Notes: a model not told the origin generated them from the sequence alone. 64,000 bases of DNA from Candidatus Phoenicimicrobium oleiphilum (GCA_039638295.1 JBDIWJ010000005.1:416-64415), one strand, 5' to 3'. Positions 28,768-39,755 are shown, numbered from the stretch's first letter. Numbers and translations: made by a program.

Positions 28768-29832
28768 TTAACCAAACTCGTCCATCTTTACTCTTGTTGA
28801 CTTTGTTAAGATATCAAAACAGAAAAAACATCGAGGGTAACGACAAGCTTCGCAATTTAAACAAAATCCTCCCTCTCCCATCTTTATAAAATCCTCTTTG
28901 CTTAGAATTTCCCCTGTAAAAATTCGGGGTAGTATCACATCTAAAATAGTAGTCCTATAATACATAGCACAACCAGGAACTCCTAACAAAACAGTATCCC
29001 CCAGATAAGCCATCATAAACATATTCCCAGGTTGAACTGGCACTCCATAAGTTACTACTTTAGCTCCACTCCTTCTTATCGCCCCGGGAGTAAGGTCATC
29101 AGGGTCTACGGACATCCCTCCAGTTAGTATTATTAAATCAGCCCCCTTTTGTTTATAATGCAAAATTTCCCTTTTAATCTCTTCTATATCATCGGGACAA
29201 AAAGCTTGACCTAGATAATGGACATGAAAAAATTCTAATTTTTTTCTCATTACCGGCCCAAATTTATCCTGAATCCTTTTTTTATATATTTCATTACCGG
29301 TAGTTATTAGAGCAACTTTTAATTTTTTATATTTTTTAATTTCAAAGACCTTCCCTTTTTTCTGACATAAATCTTCCATCTGAATTAGATATTTCTCTTT
29401 AGTAGTAAGAGGAATAATCCGAACACCAGCTAACTTTTGACCTCGTTCTACAATAAAATTCTGAGGGAGAGAAGCTATGGAGATACCTTTAATAGAGTTT
29501 ATTTGGTATAAAAGGGTAGAGTTAATCTTTAGCAACCCTCTCTCTTTTGCTTTTAAGATAGATTTCCCTTCCTGGGGTTCATCATAATTTATATTTTCCC
29601 CTGAGACTGCCCGCGCTATACGGAGAGCAGCTTCATCTTCATGAATTTCCCCGGCTTTCGGTTCCCATACATATATCTGTTCTTTCCCTAATTCCAATAA
29701 TTTTTCTATATCTTCTTTCTGGATAATATGTCCCTTCTTAAAAGCCCTCCCTTTAAATTTTCCCGGGATAATTTGGGTAATATCGTGACACAAAATCATC
29801 CCTATTGCTTTTTCAACAGGTATCTTTTTCAT
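28768..29832 (-). CDS. MoeA/MogA-like molybdopterin-binding (MoCF-biosynthesis) domain protein with C-terminal Cys cluster
   Basis: VALITTGNEI ... LTGGMSVDPDDLT MoCF_biosynth motifs; C-terminal CLNCEACRYPRCFFC. Confidence 0.5.
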   Translation of the reverse strand: MKKIPVEKAIGMILCHDITQIIPGKFKGRAFKKGHIIQKEDIEKLLELGKEQIYVWEPKAGEIHEDEAALRIARAVSGENINYDEPQEGKSILKAKERGLLKINSTLLYQINSIKGISIASLPQNFIVERGQKLAGVRIIPLTTKEKYLIQMEDLCQKKGKVFEIKKYKKLKVALITTGNEIYKKRIQDKFGPVMRKKLEFFHVHYLGQAFCPDDIEEIKREILHYKQKGADLIILTGGMSVDPDDLTPGAIRRSGAKVVTYGVPVQPGNMFMMAYLGDTVLLGVPGCAMYYRTTILDVILPRIFTGEILSKEDFIKMGEGGFCLNCEACRYPRCFFCFDILTKSTRVKMDEFG

Positions 29833-30068
29833 AATATTTAAAGTTACACCCCCACTTTAATCATCTCCCTTAGGGGAAGAGAAATATAGAGCTTATCCTC
29901 TCCCTCAAGGAGAAAATTTAAAAAATATTCTCAGTGGGCACGATTCATCGTGCCCCTACATTACCATTTTGCTTAATTTTTGGGTTACAATCATATTATT
30001 TATTATTCATCTTAAAAGATTCAGTAATATTATACTTTTATTAGTATAACGCAAATCAAATAAAAAGT

Positions 30069-30425
30069 TTAATCTTCTTCCTTAAATTCTTTAAATGTTT
30101 CCTGATATAGTGAGATCAAACATTGGTCAGCTTTCTTGCGAAATATCTCAAATTTCATCATCAGCTCTCTGGCTTTATCGGTAATTTCTGATCCTCCTCC
30201 TCTTTTCCCTCCAACACTTCTTTTTAATAGATTAAATCCTAATCTTTTTTCCAAATCTTTCATTAAGTTCCAGGCCTGGGAGTAAGACATATTTATTTCC
30301 TCTGCAGCCTGTCTTAAAGAACCCGTCCTCTCTACCCGATGAAGAATATCCAGGGGGCCATCACCAAAGACTTTCTCTCCATTTTTTTCCAGCCAAATTT
30401 TATATCTTAATTTCAATGTCCTCAC
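30069..30425 (-). CDS. ModE-N-terminal-like winged-helix regulator (MOP-less, 118 aa)
   Basis: GSLRQAAEEINMSYSQAWNLMKDLEKRLG resembles the ModE HTH; short protein lacking MOP domains. Confidence 0.5.
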   Translation of the reverse strand: MRTLKLRYKIWLEKNGEKVFGDGPLDILHRVERTGSLRQAAEEINMSYSQAWNLMKDLEKRLGFNLLKRSVGGKRGGGSEITDKARELMMKFEIFRKKADQCLISLYQETFKEFKEED

Positions 30426-30714
30426 TTCCTATAGACATATTCTTTCGTCCCATCAAGTCTCGTTCGCAACTAAACGGGCGTATGCAATACGCCCCTACTT
30501 CTGGATTCTGGCTACTGACTTCTATTTCTTTCATTCTTTACTATATACTAATTATCTTATCCGCTATAGTATATACTAATGACTATTCACTATTCGCTAA
30601 TGACTAAATTGACGGGGCAAATATCTAACCGGTAAACTACTATGTAAGCCAATTGGTAAATTGGTAGATTGGCGAATTGGTCAATTTATTTTTCTTTTTT
30701 CGATTCGAAAGTAA

Positions 30715-30939
30715 TTATATTCTATAAATATTTTCATATTCAACTTTCCCATCTTGTAGAATTTTTTCTATCTTTGACTTATCTTCATTATTAAACCGTA
30801 AACAGATACCACAATCAGAACTTAAGTGTCGAGGAACCGGAATGAGTTTTATTTTTAAATTTTCTTTTTTGGTTAAACTTTCCGCTCTTATCGCAGCACT
30901 GTTAGAATAAAATATTACCACACTAAAATTATCCTTCAT
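30715..30939 (-). CDS. DUF3343 family small protein (putative Se/S carrier-like)
   Basis: 74 aa with conserved Cys in SSDCGICL context; sits next to EF2568-type cysteine desulfurase. Confidence 0.5.
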   Translation of the reverse strand: MKDNFSVVIFYSNSAAIRAESLTKKENLKIKLIPVPRHLSSDCGICLRFNNEDKSKIEKILQDGKVEYENIYRI

Positions 30940-30968
30940 TAGTAAAAACTCCTTATCACTTATACACC

Positions 30969-32120
30969 TTATACACGCTGAGCAATTTTTCTTACAGCTA
31001 AAATTGTCTTTTCCACTTCCTCGAAAGTATTAAACCAGCTCAAACTAAAACGAATCGTACCAGTAGGAAAAGTCCCGATAGTTTTATGGGCAGCCGGAGC
31101 ACAATGCAGGCCAACTCGAGACATAATATTATATTCCTCATCAAGTCTTAATCCTACCTCTGAAGGTAACTGGTCTTTAATATTAAAAGAAACTACTGCC
31201 ACCCTATCTTTCACCTGGTCTTCTCCATAAACTATAACTCCAGGAATTTCTTTTAGACCCTCAATTAACTTTTGTGTCAGCTCAAGTTCGTATTGGTGAA
31301 TTTTGTCAATCCCTTTTTTAAGGACAAAACGCACACCCTCTTTTAATCCGATTAGACCTACTATATTGGGAGTTCCACTCTCGTAGATATCAGGCAAAAA
31401 ATCTGGCTGTTCCTCTGACTCAGACCGACTACCAGTTCCTCCAAATTTTAAAGGTTTTAATTTTTTAATATCCACTCTTTCCCCAACTACCAACCCTCCC
31501 GTTCCTGTGGGTCCAAAAAGTGCTTTGTGTCCGGTAAAAGCTAAAAGGTCGAGGTTATCCTTTCTAATATCCAAAGGATAACAACCAGCAGTCTGGGCAG
31601 CATCTACTAAAAAAAGAATACTATGTTTTCTGGCAATTTCTCCTACTTCAGCAATAGGCAATAAAGTACCGATAACATTCGAACTATGATTTAATACAAT
31701 TAATTTTGTATTTTTTTTAATCGATTTCTTTATATCAACAGGGTCAAGGTCTCCCTGAGGAGAGCAAGGAACAACTTTGACTTCAACCCCTCTTTTTTCT
31801 AATTCACGAAGAGGCCGCATAACTGAATTGTGTTCCATACTGCTGGTAATTACCTGGTCCTCAGGCTGCAATAACCCTTTTAAGACCAGATTTATTGCCT
31901 CGGTTACATTTAAAGTAAAGATAATTCGCAAGGGGTCGGTAACATTAAATAATTCCGCTAAACTTTCTCGCGTCTGATAAAGCAAGCGTCCGGCTTCTAT
32001 AGAAAGCCGATGACCAGAACGACCAGGACTTGCTCCCACCTTTTCTAAAAAATGTAACATTGCCTTGCCTACCTCTTTGGGTTTGGGATAAGAGGTAGCT
32101 GCATTATCCAGATAAATCAT
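30969..32120 (-). CDS. Class-V aminotransferase, cysteine desulfurase/selenocysteine lyase family (EF2568-like)
   Basis: MIYLDNAATSYPKP start and PLP-lysine region FTGHKALFGPTGTG; 383 aa. Confidence 0.8.
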   Translation of the reverse strand: MIYLDNAATSYPKPKEVGKAMLHFLEKVGASPGRSGHRLSIEAGRLLYQTRESLAELFNVTDPLRIIFTLNVTEAINLVLKGLLQPEDQVITSSMEHNSVMRPLRELEKRGVEVKVVPCSPQGDLDPVDIKKSIKKNTKLIVLNHSSNVIGTLLPIAEVGEIARKHSILFLVDAAQTAGCYPLDIRKDNLDLLAFTGHKALFGPTGTGGLVVGERVDIKKLKPLKFGGTGSRSESEEQPDFLPDIYESGTPNIVGLIGLKEGVRFVLKKGIDKIHQYELELTQKLIEGLKEIPGVIVYGEDQVKDRVAVVSFNIKDQLPSEVGLRLDEEYNIMSRVGLHCAPAAHKTIGTFPTGTIRFSLSWFNTFEEVEKTILAVRKIAQRV

Positions 32121-32146
32121 AATTTATCCTCTCAAATTTTTCTTTT

Positions 32147-32359
32147 CTACTTGGAAATAGTAAGCAAATATTCCCCATTTTCTTCTCTTACTACTACTTT
32201 CCAGCCTTCATTTACAGCCATCCGAGTAATATTATCTTTGGATGTTCCGGTATCTATTAGAACTTCTAAAATTCCTTTTTCCATCTCCAGTAGCTTATTC
32301 CTAACCGCAACTACCGGAAGCGGACAGGAAAGTCCTCGAACATCAATATTTTGATTCAT
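32147..32359 (-). CDS. yedF: TusA/SirA-like sulfur (selenium) transferase, YedF-like
   Basis: 70 aa with CPxP active-site motif (GLSCPLPV). Confidence 0.65.
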   Translation of the reverse strand: MNQNIDVRGLSCPLPVVAVRNKLLEMEKGILEVLIDTGTSKDNITRMAVNEGWKVVVREENGEYLLTISK

Positions 32360-33453
32360 TTCTTATCCCCCATTTGCTTTTTCCCTAAATCACTCATACT
32401 AAAACCAATAATAAAACAGACAATTAATCCTGTAATAACTGAAGCTGGTCCCCAAAGACCCGGACCTTTTGGAGAACTGGCAGTAGCAAAATTATGGGCG
32501 AAACCTGCGCCCACAACCATCCCTAAAACAAAAATAGCGGCATCGGCATCGCCTTCTCCGGAAAGGAAAAGTTGGCGACCCGGACAACCACCGGCTAAAG
32601 TAAAAGCCAATCCTGCTAAGACCATCCCTCCAAAATTCCATAATTGACTGTTATGAGCAATGGGTTGACCTTGAAACCCCGGATGGAATTGTTTTAAGGT
32701 TAGATTGCTCACCAAAGCAGCCAATAACAGACTAACAACTCCTGTCAAAAGATAAGTGTCTTTAATAAGGATTGCATCTCGAACAGCTGCTACCGTACAA
32801 AACCTGGTTCTTTGAGCCAAAAATCCTATCGCTATAGCTATTATCAGAGAAATAAATATAGGAGCATGTTGGGCTCCCGGCCCCTTACTGCTGAAAAAAA
32901 CCGCCCCTGAAGATAAGTGGGGCTGAAAAATAAGAAGCAAAAAAATCCCTAACATTATAACCGGCATAATCCAACCGACCAGCTGGTGAGTTCTCTGATT
33001 TCGACCTAAATTATAACCAGATTTAATAAAAAATATTCCTATCCAAATTCCTACTATTAACCCAGCCAAACCGAAAAGGGCATTACCATCCCCACCGGCC
33101 AATCGAAGTAATGTCCGCCATGGACAACCTAAAAAGACTAATGCACCTACCATAGATAAAAAACCTAAAACAAAACGCACCAGCGGAGCTGAACCAGCTC
33201 GTGGTTTAAACTCCTTAAATATTAAAGCGGCTAATAAAGAACCTAAAATAAAACCGATAATCTCGGGACGAATATATTGCGCTACTTCTGCTCTATGCAA
33301 ACCTAAAGCTCCAGCAATATCCCGTAGCATACAGGCAACACAGATACCCATATTAGGTGGATTCCCTAATTTTTGCAAATACGCTGCAGAAATGCCTATA
33401 AATATACCGGTAAAGATAATATTCTTTCGAGAGTTAAAAAAATTTTTCCACAT
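32356..33453 (-). CDS. yedE: YedE/YeeE-family membrane protein (sulfur/selenium-compound transport)
   Basis: 365 aa, two-repeat polytopic membrane protein with conserved Cys in each repeat (GICVAC..., FCTVAA...), overlaps yedF-like gene. Confidence 0.7.
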   Translation of the reverse strand: MWKNFFNSRKNIIFTGIFIGISAAYLQKLGNPPNMGICVACMLRDIAGALGLHRAEVAQYIRPEIIGFILGSLLAALIFKEFKPRAGSAPLVRFVLGFLSMVGALVFLGCPWRTLLRLAGGDGNALFGLAGLIVGIWIGIFFIKSGYNLGRNQRTHQLVGWIMPVIMLGIFLLLIFQPHLSSGAVFFSSKGPGAQHAPIFISLIIAIAIGFLAQRTRFCTVAAVRDAILIKDTYLLTGVVSLLLAALVSNLTLKQFHPGFQGQPIAHNSQLWNFGGMVLAGLAFTLAGGCPGRQLFLSGEGDADAAIFVLGMVVGAGFAHNFATASSPKGPGLWGPASVITGLIVCFIIGFSMSDLGKKQMGDKK

Positions 33454-33457
33454 ATTA

Positions 33458-34246
33458 TTAAATAATTCCTCTCCTTCCTCTTCTAACCTGAATAATCTCA
33501 GCTATAATACTTACTGCAATCTCTTCGGGAGTTTGAGCTCCAATATCTAATCCAATAGGAGCATAAACTTTTTCTAACTCTTTTTCGGCTATTCCCTTTT
33601 CTTTTAAATGTTGAAATACTGTCGCATTCTTCTTTCTACTTCCAATCATCCCGATATAGTGAGCCCTTGTTTTAATGACCCCAGTAAGAACTTCTTCATC
33701 TTTTAAATGACCCCGCGTTACAATAATGATATAAGTAGAGGGAGTAACCTCCAATAATTTAAGGGCTTCTTCTACTTCTTCAGTCAATATTCTATCGGCC
33801 TCTGGGAATCTATCCTGATTGGCAAATTCTTCCCTTTCATCAATTATGGTCACTTTAAATCCTAACATCTTGGCTAATTTAGAAACACAAACTGCAATAT
33901 GGCCTGCCCCAAAAATTAATACTTCTTCTTTTGGTTGAAGGATTTCTATAAAAACTTTCATCTCTCCACCACAGATAGCCCCTTCATCCAAGGCAGCTTG
34001 TTCCTTGGTTAGATGATAATTCAAAAGTTTTCCTTTCCCATCTTTTAAAGCCTGTTTTGCCTCTTCTATTACTCTGGCTTCGGTTATCCCTCCTCCTATA
34101 GTGCCAGCTACTAAACCATTTTTAGTTACTAGCATCTTCGCCCCTATTTCTCTCGGGGTGGAACCCTTAGTTTCAACCACAGTAGCCAAAGCGATTGTTT
34201 CACCTTTATCGATTCTTCCCAAAGCTTTTTTTAAAATCTCTATCAC
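33458..34246 (-). CDS. xdhC: XdhC/CoxI-family molybdenum-hydroxylase maturation factor
   Basis: N-terminal XdhC_CoxI (ALATVVETKGSTPR) plus C-terminal Rossmann (IFGAGHIA). Confidence 0.75.
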   Translation of the reverse strand: MIEILKKALGRIDKGETIALATVVETKGSTPREIGAKMLVTKNGLVAGTIGGGITEARVIEEAKQALKDGKGKLLNYHLTKEQAALDEGAICGGEMKVFIEILQPKEEVLIFGAGHIAVCVSKLAKMLGFKVTIIDEREEFANQDRFPEADRILTEEVEEALKLLEVTPSTYIIIVTRGHLKDEEVLTGVIKTRAHYIGMIGSRKKNATVFQHLKEKGIAEKELEKVYAPIGLDIGAQTPEEIAVSIIAEIIQVRRGRRGII

Positions 34247-34335
34247 CTCTCCCCTCTCCCTCCTTGGATAAAATCTCTCTTATACTCTAATCGTTATTCT
34301 AATATAAATATAACGAAATGTAAAAATTTTCTCTA

Positions 34336-35133
34336 TTATTTTTTATTCAAATACGCACAGATGGCCTCTAATACTGCTCCGCCTATAGAGCGGGCCTTAT
34401 CAGAAACGGTAAAACAGTATTCTCTTATCCCTCGGGGGTCAATATCTCCCACCTTCATCCCTTTGGTCACCCAGCTTTCAGGATAAATTAATCCCCGTAG
34501 AACGCCAGATATTTCTGTTTTTAAAGAAACTCCCTCCACTTCAGCAATCACTTCTCCTGCCTTAACTAAATCTCCAATTTTGCACAAAGGGAAGATTCTG
34601 CCTTGGGCGGGTGCTCGTAATAATCTTTTTTTTGATTCTCTTCCTACTTCCCCAGGCACACCAGTATCTGGCTCTGCTTGACCGTTATAAATAACTCGAC
34701 CTAAATTATGTCCACGCTTGGTCTCTATTACTACATCAACATCTTCTCCTGCAGTAAAACCTGGGCCCAAACCAATAACTAAGGGAGCCTGATTTATCTT
34801 TGTTCCCAAATTACGTTTGGCCATAATAGCATCTACTAAAACATCAGGAGAAAGTTTTTCAATACAATAACCTTCGGGGTCTATTAAAACCGGAATCTTC
34901 CACTGTTTAAAGGTATCTCTCGCCTTTTCCCAGGAAGGAATCAAAACAGCTTCTACCTCTTCTACAACTGCCTTGCCTTCATAAACTGCTCGAGCAAAGG
35001 AAACAGGTAGACGGATAACTGTAGGATGGTCTATCTCTAAAACTAACACAGAAAATCCAGCTCGAAAGAGTCTCACCGCCACACCGGTTGCTAAATCTCC
35101 TCCACCTCGGATAATTACTAATATATTATTCAT
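34336..35133 (-). CDS. YqeB-like selenium-dependent molybdenum hydroxylase system protein (C-terminal-domain type)
   Basis: 265 aa; assignment from recollection of the EF2563/YqeB family and its position between xdhC and ygfJ-like genes. Confidence 0.45.
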   Translation of the reverse strand: MNNILVIIRGGGDLATGVAVRLFRAGFSVLVLEIDHPTVIRLPVSFARAVYEGKAVVEEVEAVLIPSWEKARDTFKQWKIPVLIDPEGYCIEKLSPDVLVDAIMAKRNLGTKINQAPLVIGLGPGFTAGEDVDVVIETKRGHNLGRVIYNGQAEPDTGVPGEVGRESKKRLLRAPAQGRIFPLCKIGDLVKAGEVIAEVEGVSLKTEISGVLRGLIYPESWVTKGMKVGDIDPRGIREYCFTVSDKARSIGGAVLEAICAYLNKK

Positions 35134-35753
35134 CTTATTAAATCTTTCCCTTTTTTTTGAAAAGAGTCAAAGATATTTTTCATCCTCTCGTAATCTTCCT
35201 CCCGGTCAATATCTACTAATATAGATTCATCTGACATCTTAAGCTTTTTTATTCTCTCAGGATGAGCTTTAATCAAAACTTTCCCTCCCACGTCACCGGA
35301 AAGTTTCATCAACTCATCTTTCCAATAACCATCAAAGAGCACAGGATTTCCTTGTCTATCTTTATAAAAGGGAACTACTATCTCTTTTTTACCCGGAGTA
35401 AAAGCCATAATCATCTTATGTAATACAGAGGGATTAATCAAAGGTTGGTCCCCTAAAATTATAAAAAATCCCTCTACCCCTTCAGACGGTATCCGGGAAA
35501 GACCTTTTCGGATTGAACTGCTCATCCCAGATTTATATTCGGGATTAAGGACAATTTCCGCCCCCCAGTTATTTCCTATTTCAATAATTTCTTTATCTTC
35601 AGGGCGAACCACCAAAAAACATCTATCCAGGGGAGTTAACTTTACTGCTTGCAACACCCACTCTATTAACTGCTTATCACCCAAAGGAAGAGTTAATTTT
35701 ACTTTCCCCATCCTTTTACCTTCCCCTGCCGCTAAAATTATTCCGTAAATCAC
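35130..35753 (-). CDS. MobA-like NTP transferase (YgfJ/MocA-like molybdenum cofactor nucleotidyltransferase)
   Basis: GIILAAGEGKRMG nucleotidyltransferase motif, 207 aa. Confidence 0.7.
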   Translation of the reverse strand: MIYGIILAAGEGKRMGKVKLTLPLGDKQLIEWVLQAVKLTPLDRCFLVVRPEDKEIIEIGNNWGAEIVLNPEYKSGMSSSIRKGLSRIPSEGVEGFFIILGDQPLINPSVLHKMIMAFTPGKKEIVVPFYKDRQGNPVLFDGYWKDELMKLSGDVGGKVLIKAHPERIKKLKMSDESILVDIDREEDYERMKNIFDSFQKKGKDLIR

Positions 35754-36562
35754 GATGATTTTATCCTCCTGATTACCTCAGTTACCACTTCCTTCTGACC
35801 GGCAGCTCCAACAATTATATTATTAATTCCTCGAGGACAAATCTTTAAAACCTGAAAGGTTAGTTCTTCAGCCATTTTTAGATTTTCTGGATTTTCTACT
35901 TTATTAATAAAAAGATGACGACAGCAACCTGGAGGGGCTCCTTTAAATAAACCTTTGGGGTGGCAAATTAAAAGGGCTAAGGTTTCTAACCCAACCTTTT
36001 CTCCAAATTCCAATCCGGTTATTTTGGAAAAAATCTCAGAACGAAAAACATTCTCTTCCCGCAAAGAAAGACCCAGGGCGTCTATACCAATTACCCCGAT
36101 TAAATCTGTAGTCGATAAGGGAATTATCGGCTCATAAGAAGCAGGGGCCTTTACTGGTCTTCCTGCTGCCCCATCGGCTTCTACTAAAAAGTAATCTGCT
36201 ATTTTATCCTCCCACCAGCTATCCAACCAATCCGGAGGCAGACCGATTAATTTCTCTTTTCCATTAATTTCCTCTATCTCCTCTCCTATAACTACCAATC
36301 TTCTTTCTTTACTCTCATACGAAAAATATTTTTCGATAGATTCCCGAACAGGTTTTTCATTGTGCCCTTCAATTAATCTACCTTTTTTTATAAAAGGAGC
36401 TATTTGCCAGCTAAACATTTTAGTAGTAGTGGTGAGAATCATCCGCTTATTTTTAAGATCCAGTTCTTCTGCTAATCGGTTAAAAAGAGTACTCTTCCCA
36501 CCTGCACCTACTAAAGATATAAAAGCTCTCTCTTTTAATTGCAAAACTTCACTGATTAACAT
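35750..36562 (-). CDS. yqeC: YqeC-like putative selenium-dependent hydroxylase accessory protein (P-loop-like)
   Basis: LVGAGGKSTLFNRLAEEL ... ILTTTTKMF pattern recalled for the YqeC family (TIGR03172-type). Confidence 0.55.
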   Translation of the reverse strand: MLISEVLQLKERAFISLVGAGGKSTLFNRLAEELDLKNKRMILTTTTKMFSWQIAPFIKKGRLIEGHNEKPVRESIEKYFSYESKERRLVVIGEEIEEINGKEKLIGLPPDWLDSWWEDKIADYFLVEADGAAGRPVKAPASYEPIIPLSTTDLIGVIGIDALGLSLREENVFRSEIFSKITGLEFGEKVGLETLALLICHPKGLFKGAPPGCCRHLFINKVENPENLKMAEELTFQVLKICPRGINNIIVGAAGQKEVVTEVIRRIKSS

Positions 36563-36638
36563 TTAGTTTAATCCTTTTTTTCTTTTATCGATTATCAATG
36601 ATTAAATTTTTTAAAATATCTTTAACTGGCTAAAATTT

Positions 36639-38948
36639 CTACTTTTCAAAGTACTCTTTTTTTAAGGCTCGAATTATTTTTTCCGGGGTTGCGGGCAAAT
36701 TCTTAATTCTTACACCGATAGCATCATAAATAGCATTTAAAATAGCCGGGGCTATAATACTACAAGCAGGCTCGCCAATCCCTTTAGCACCATAAGGTCC
36801 TAATCCCCCGCCAGACTCTACTAAAATAGCCTTTACATCCGGCACATCTGCTGCAGTAGGAATAATATACTCGGAAAAAGAGGGAGTCATAGTAATCCCC
36901 TTTTCTATAATCACTTCTTCCATTAGGGCATACCCCATTCCATATATTGAACCACCTTCCATCTGACCTTCTACACTTAACGGGTTAATGGCTTTACCCA
37001 CATCATAGCAGGTAATAAGTTTTAAGATTTCTACCTGACCGGTTTCTGTATCTACCGCCACTTCTACCGCCTGGGCACCAAAAGTAAAATCAGGGAAGGT
37101 CATTCCTCTAATATTTGATAAATCAGGTACAATAGTAAATGGAGCATTAAACTGTACCTCACAGAATAATTCAATTCCGGCAGTATTACAAGCTTTTATT
37201 ACTTCAACTAAAGGCAAGTATTGTGATTGGTTATATTTTACAATTACTTTCTCTTCAATAATATCTAATTTATCTGGATTAACATTCAACAATTCTGCAG
37301 CTTTACTTATAATTCGTTTTCTTATCTTTCGAGCAGCTTTAAGGGTAGCATTTCCAGACATATAAGTTTGTCTGGTAGCAGTAGTAGTCCCGGCAAGTGG
37401 TGTTAGTGCTGTATCACTATAATATATTTTTATCTTAGACATAGGTATGCCTAATTCTTCAGCGACAATCTGACAAAGTAAAGAAACCTGTCCACCTCCT
37501 AAATCAGGAATCCCGGATCTGATTAATACACTTCCATCTGACTCTAACCTTACATAACATCGAGAAGAATCATGGAGAAAAGTCATTCGACCATAACTCA
37601 TTAATCCTATAGCTAATCCTCGACCGACCTTCCTATTCTTATCTTCACATTTAGCAAGTTCACCCAGTGCCTCCCAGGCTTTCTCGGCAACTTCGGGAAG
37701 AGCAACATAAGTTTTAAAGACCTGACCAGTTGTAGATAAAGATTTTCCCGTAGTGAGACAATTTCTACGTCTAATTTCTAAGGGGCTTATATTGAGCTTA
37801 TGAGCTAATTCATCCATTAAACTCTCATACACTACATTTGGCTGAGGAGCCCCAAACCCCCTATTTGCACTGGTAAATGTATTATTAGTTAATACACAAT
37901 AAGTTCTAACCTTAACATTGGGAATACAATAGGGACCAGCTGCATTAACTGTTGCATATAAATTCACCCAGGGACTTAAATAAGGATAAGCTCCGGCATC
38001 AGAAATTAATTCCGCATTTAAAGCAACCAGTTTACCATCTTTTTTAGCCCCTACCTTATATTTCATAACAAAAGGATGCCTTTTGCTATGACATAAAATA
38101 GATTCCTCGCGAGTATAGAATAACCTCACGGGCTTCTTGGTTTTCCAGGTAAGAAGAGCTAAATAAGCCTCCACGGTAATATCCTCTTTGCCACCAAAAC
38201 CTCCGCCCATCATCGTACCTATATAGCGAACCTTATTATGGGATAAGCCCAGAACATCAGCAACATCTCTAAAATGCTCGATTACCTGAGAGCCCACCCT
38301 GATATTAATTACTCCATAATCATCTATCCAGGCAATACCCCCCTCAGTTTCCAGATAAGCATGGTCAACAAAAGGCACTTTATAGGTGTCTTCAATTATT
38401 ATATCAGCTTCAGCAAACCCCTTTATAATATCTCCCTGACTACAGCCAAATTGTCCTATTATATTACTATTATTCTCTCCCACCAAATAGGCTCCAGGTT
38501 TCATAGCTTCAACTGGATCAAAGACTCCTGGAAGGGTTTCATAATTTACTTCAATTAAATCTAAAGCTTTCTCGGCAATTTCTTCTGTATCAGCAGCAAC
38601 CAGAGCTACTGCCTCTCCCATAAATCTAACTTTCTTATCTGCTAAAACCCGGTATAACCCCTCAAATCCCTTACCTACTTCCGAACTCTGGCCAAATCTG
38701 GTTACAGTTTCATTATGAGGAACATCTTTAGCAGTTAAAACAGCTCGCACCCCATTTAATTTCTCTGCTTTCGCGGTATTTATAGAAATAATCTTAGCAG
38801 CTGGATATTTGCTGCGAAGCACTTTGGCATATAACATCCCGGGTAAAGAAAAATCATCAGCATATTTAAGTTCCCCGGTTACCTTTGCCCAGGCATCATC
38901 TCTGGGTATTGGTTTACCTACTATTTTAAATTCAGACATAAGCTTCAC
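36639..38948 (-). CDS. Xanthine dehydrogenase-family molybdopterin-binding large subunit (enzyme 1)
   Basis: Ald_Xan_dh a/b-hammerhead N-terminus and Mo-binding domains (GGGFGGK), 769 aa. Confidence 0.85.
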   Translation of the reverse strand: MKLMSEFKIVGKPIPRDDAWAKVTGELKYADDFSLPGMLYAKVLRSKYPAAKIISINTAKAEKLNGVRAVLTAKDVPHNETVTRFGQSSEVGKGFEGLYRVLADKKVRFMGEAVALVAADTEEIAEKALDLIEVNYETLPGVFDPVEAMKPGAYLVGENNSNIIGQFGCSQGDIIKGFAEADIIIEDTYKVPFVDHAYLETEGGIAWIDDYGVINIRVGSQVIEHFRDVADVLGLSHNKVRYIGTMMGGGFGGKEDITVEAYLALLTWKTKKPVRLFYTREESILCHSKRHPFVMKYKVGAKKDGKLVALNAELISDAGAYPYLSPWVNLYATVNAAGPYCIPNVKVRTYCVLTNNTFTSANRGFGAPQPNVVYESLMDELAHKLNISPLEIRRRNCLTTGKSLSTTGQVFKTYVALPEVAEKAWEALGELAKCEDKNRKVGRGLAIGLMSYGRMTFLHDSSRCYVRLESDGSVLIRSGIPDLGGGQVSLLCQIVAEELGIPMSKIKIYYSDTALTPLAGTTTATRQTYMSGNATLKAARKIRKRIISKAAELLNVNPDKLDIIEEKVIVKYNQSQYLPLVEVIKACNTAGIELFCEVQFNAPFTIVPDLSNIRGMTFPDFTFGAQAVEVAVDTETGQVEILKLITCYDVGKAINPLSVEGQMEGGSIYGMGYALMEEVIIEKGITMTPSFSEYIIPTAADVPDVKAILVESGGGLGPYGAKGIGEPACSIIAPAILNAIYDAIGVRIKNLPATPEKIIRALKKEYFEK

Positions 38949-39032
38949 CTTCTTCCCGTTTTTCTAAAACTTGACATAGGACGGTTATATGTCGGGTTTT
39001 ATCCGCCCCGCATTTTGTTCTAATAGATTTTT

Positions 39033-39104
39033 GTCATTGCGAACGAAGTGATGAAGCAATCTCAATTCCGAGATTGCCACGCTCCCTACGGTCGTTCGCA
39101 ATGA
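39033..39104. repeat. Nested-palindrome intergenic element (outer 13-bp IR GTCATTGCGAACG/CGTTCGCAATGAC; inner hairpin GCAATCTC-AATTCC-GAGATTGC)
   Basis: Read directly; related to element at 27864-27960. Confidence 0.5.
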
Positions 39105-39158
39105 CTTTATAGACAGGCTCTATGAAAACAATGAACGCCTGTCCTACAGAATTTGAAT

Positions 39159-39635
39159 TTATTTTGATCTTTGATTTTCTACAGCTACTGCATAAATGGC
39201 ATCAACAATCTTTTTATATCCAGTACACCTGCATAGATTTCCAGATATCGCTTTTTTAATTTCCTCTCTATTAGGAATAGGATTTTGGTCAAGATAATTT
39301 TTTGCAGTAATTATCATTCCTGGTGTACAAAAGCCACATTGTATTGCCCCATAATTTACAAAACTTTTCTGGAGTTTCCTGCCAAGTTCAAATTTTTCCA
39401 TACCCTTAACAGTCCATACTTCTTTATGATTAGCTTGAAGAGCTAAGGTGATGCAGGATTTAACGGCTTTCTCATTTAGAATAACTGTGCAAGTACCACA
39501 CTCCCCTTTTTCACAGCCACATTTCACCTCGGTAAAACCATTTCGACGTAAAAATTTTAATAGAGATTCTTCTGCTTTGGCAGTCGTACTTATTTTCTCA
39601 CCATTTACGGTTAAATCTATTTTATATTCTTCCAT
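39159..39635 (-). CDS. (2Fe-2S)-binding small subunit of molybdenum hydroxylase 1
   Basis: CGCEKGECGTCTV plant-type and CGFCTPG second 2Fe-2S motifs, 158 aa. Confidence 0.85.
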   Translation of the reverse strand: MEEYKIDLTVNGEKISTTAKAEESLLKFLRRNGFTEVKCGCEKGECGTCTVILNEKAVKSCITLALQANHKEVWTVKGMEKFELGRKLQKSFVNYGAIQCGFCTPGMIITAKNYLDQNPIPNREEIKKAISGNLCRCTGYKKIVDAIYAVAVENQRSK

Positions 39636-39755
39636 CTACACTCTCCTTTTTAGTAAGTAATAAGTAATGGGCGATGAGTGATAAGTAATTAGTAACAAGT
39701 AATAAGTTATATGCAATTCGTGTATCGACTAATTGGTTAATTATTTTCTCTCCTA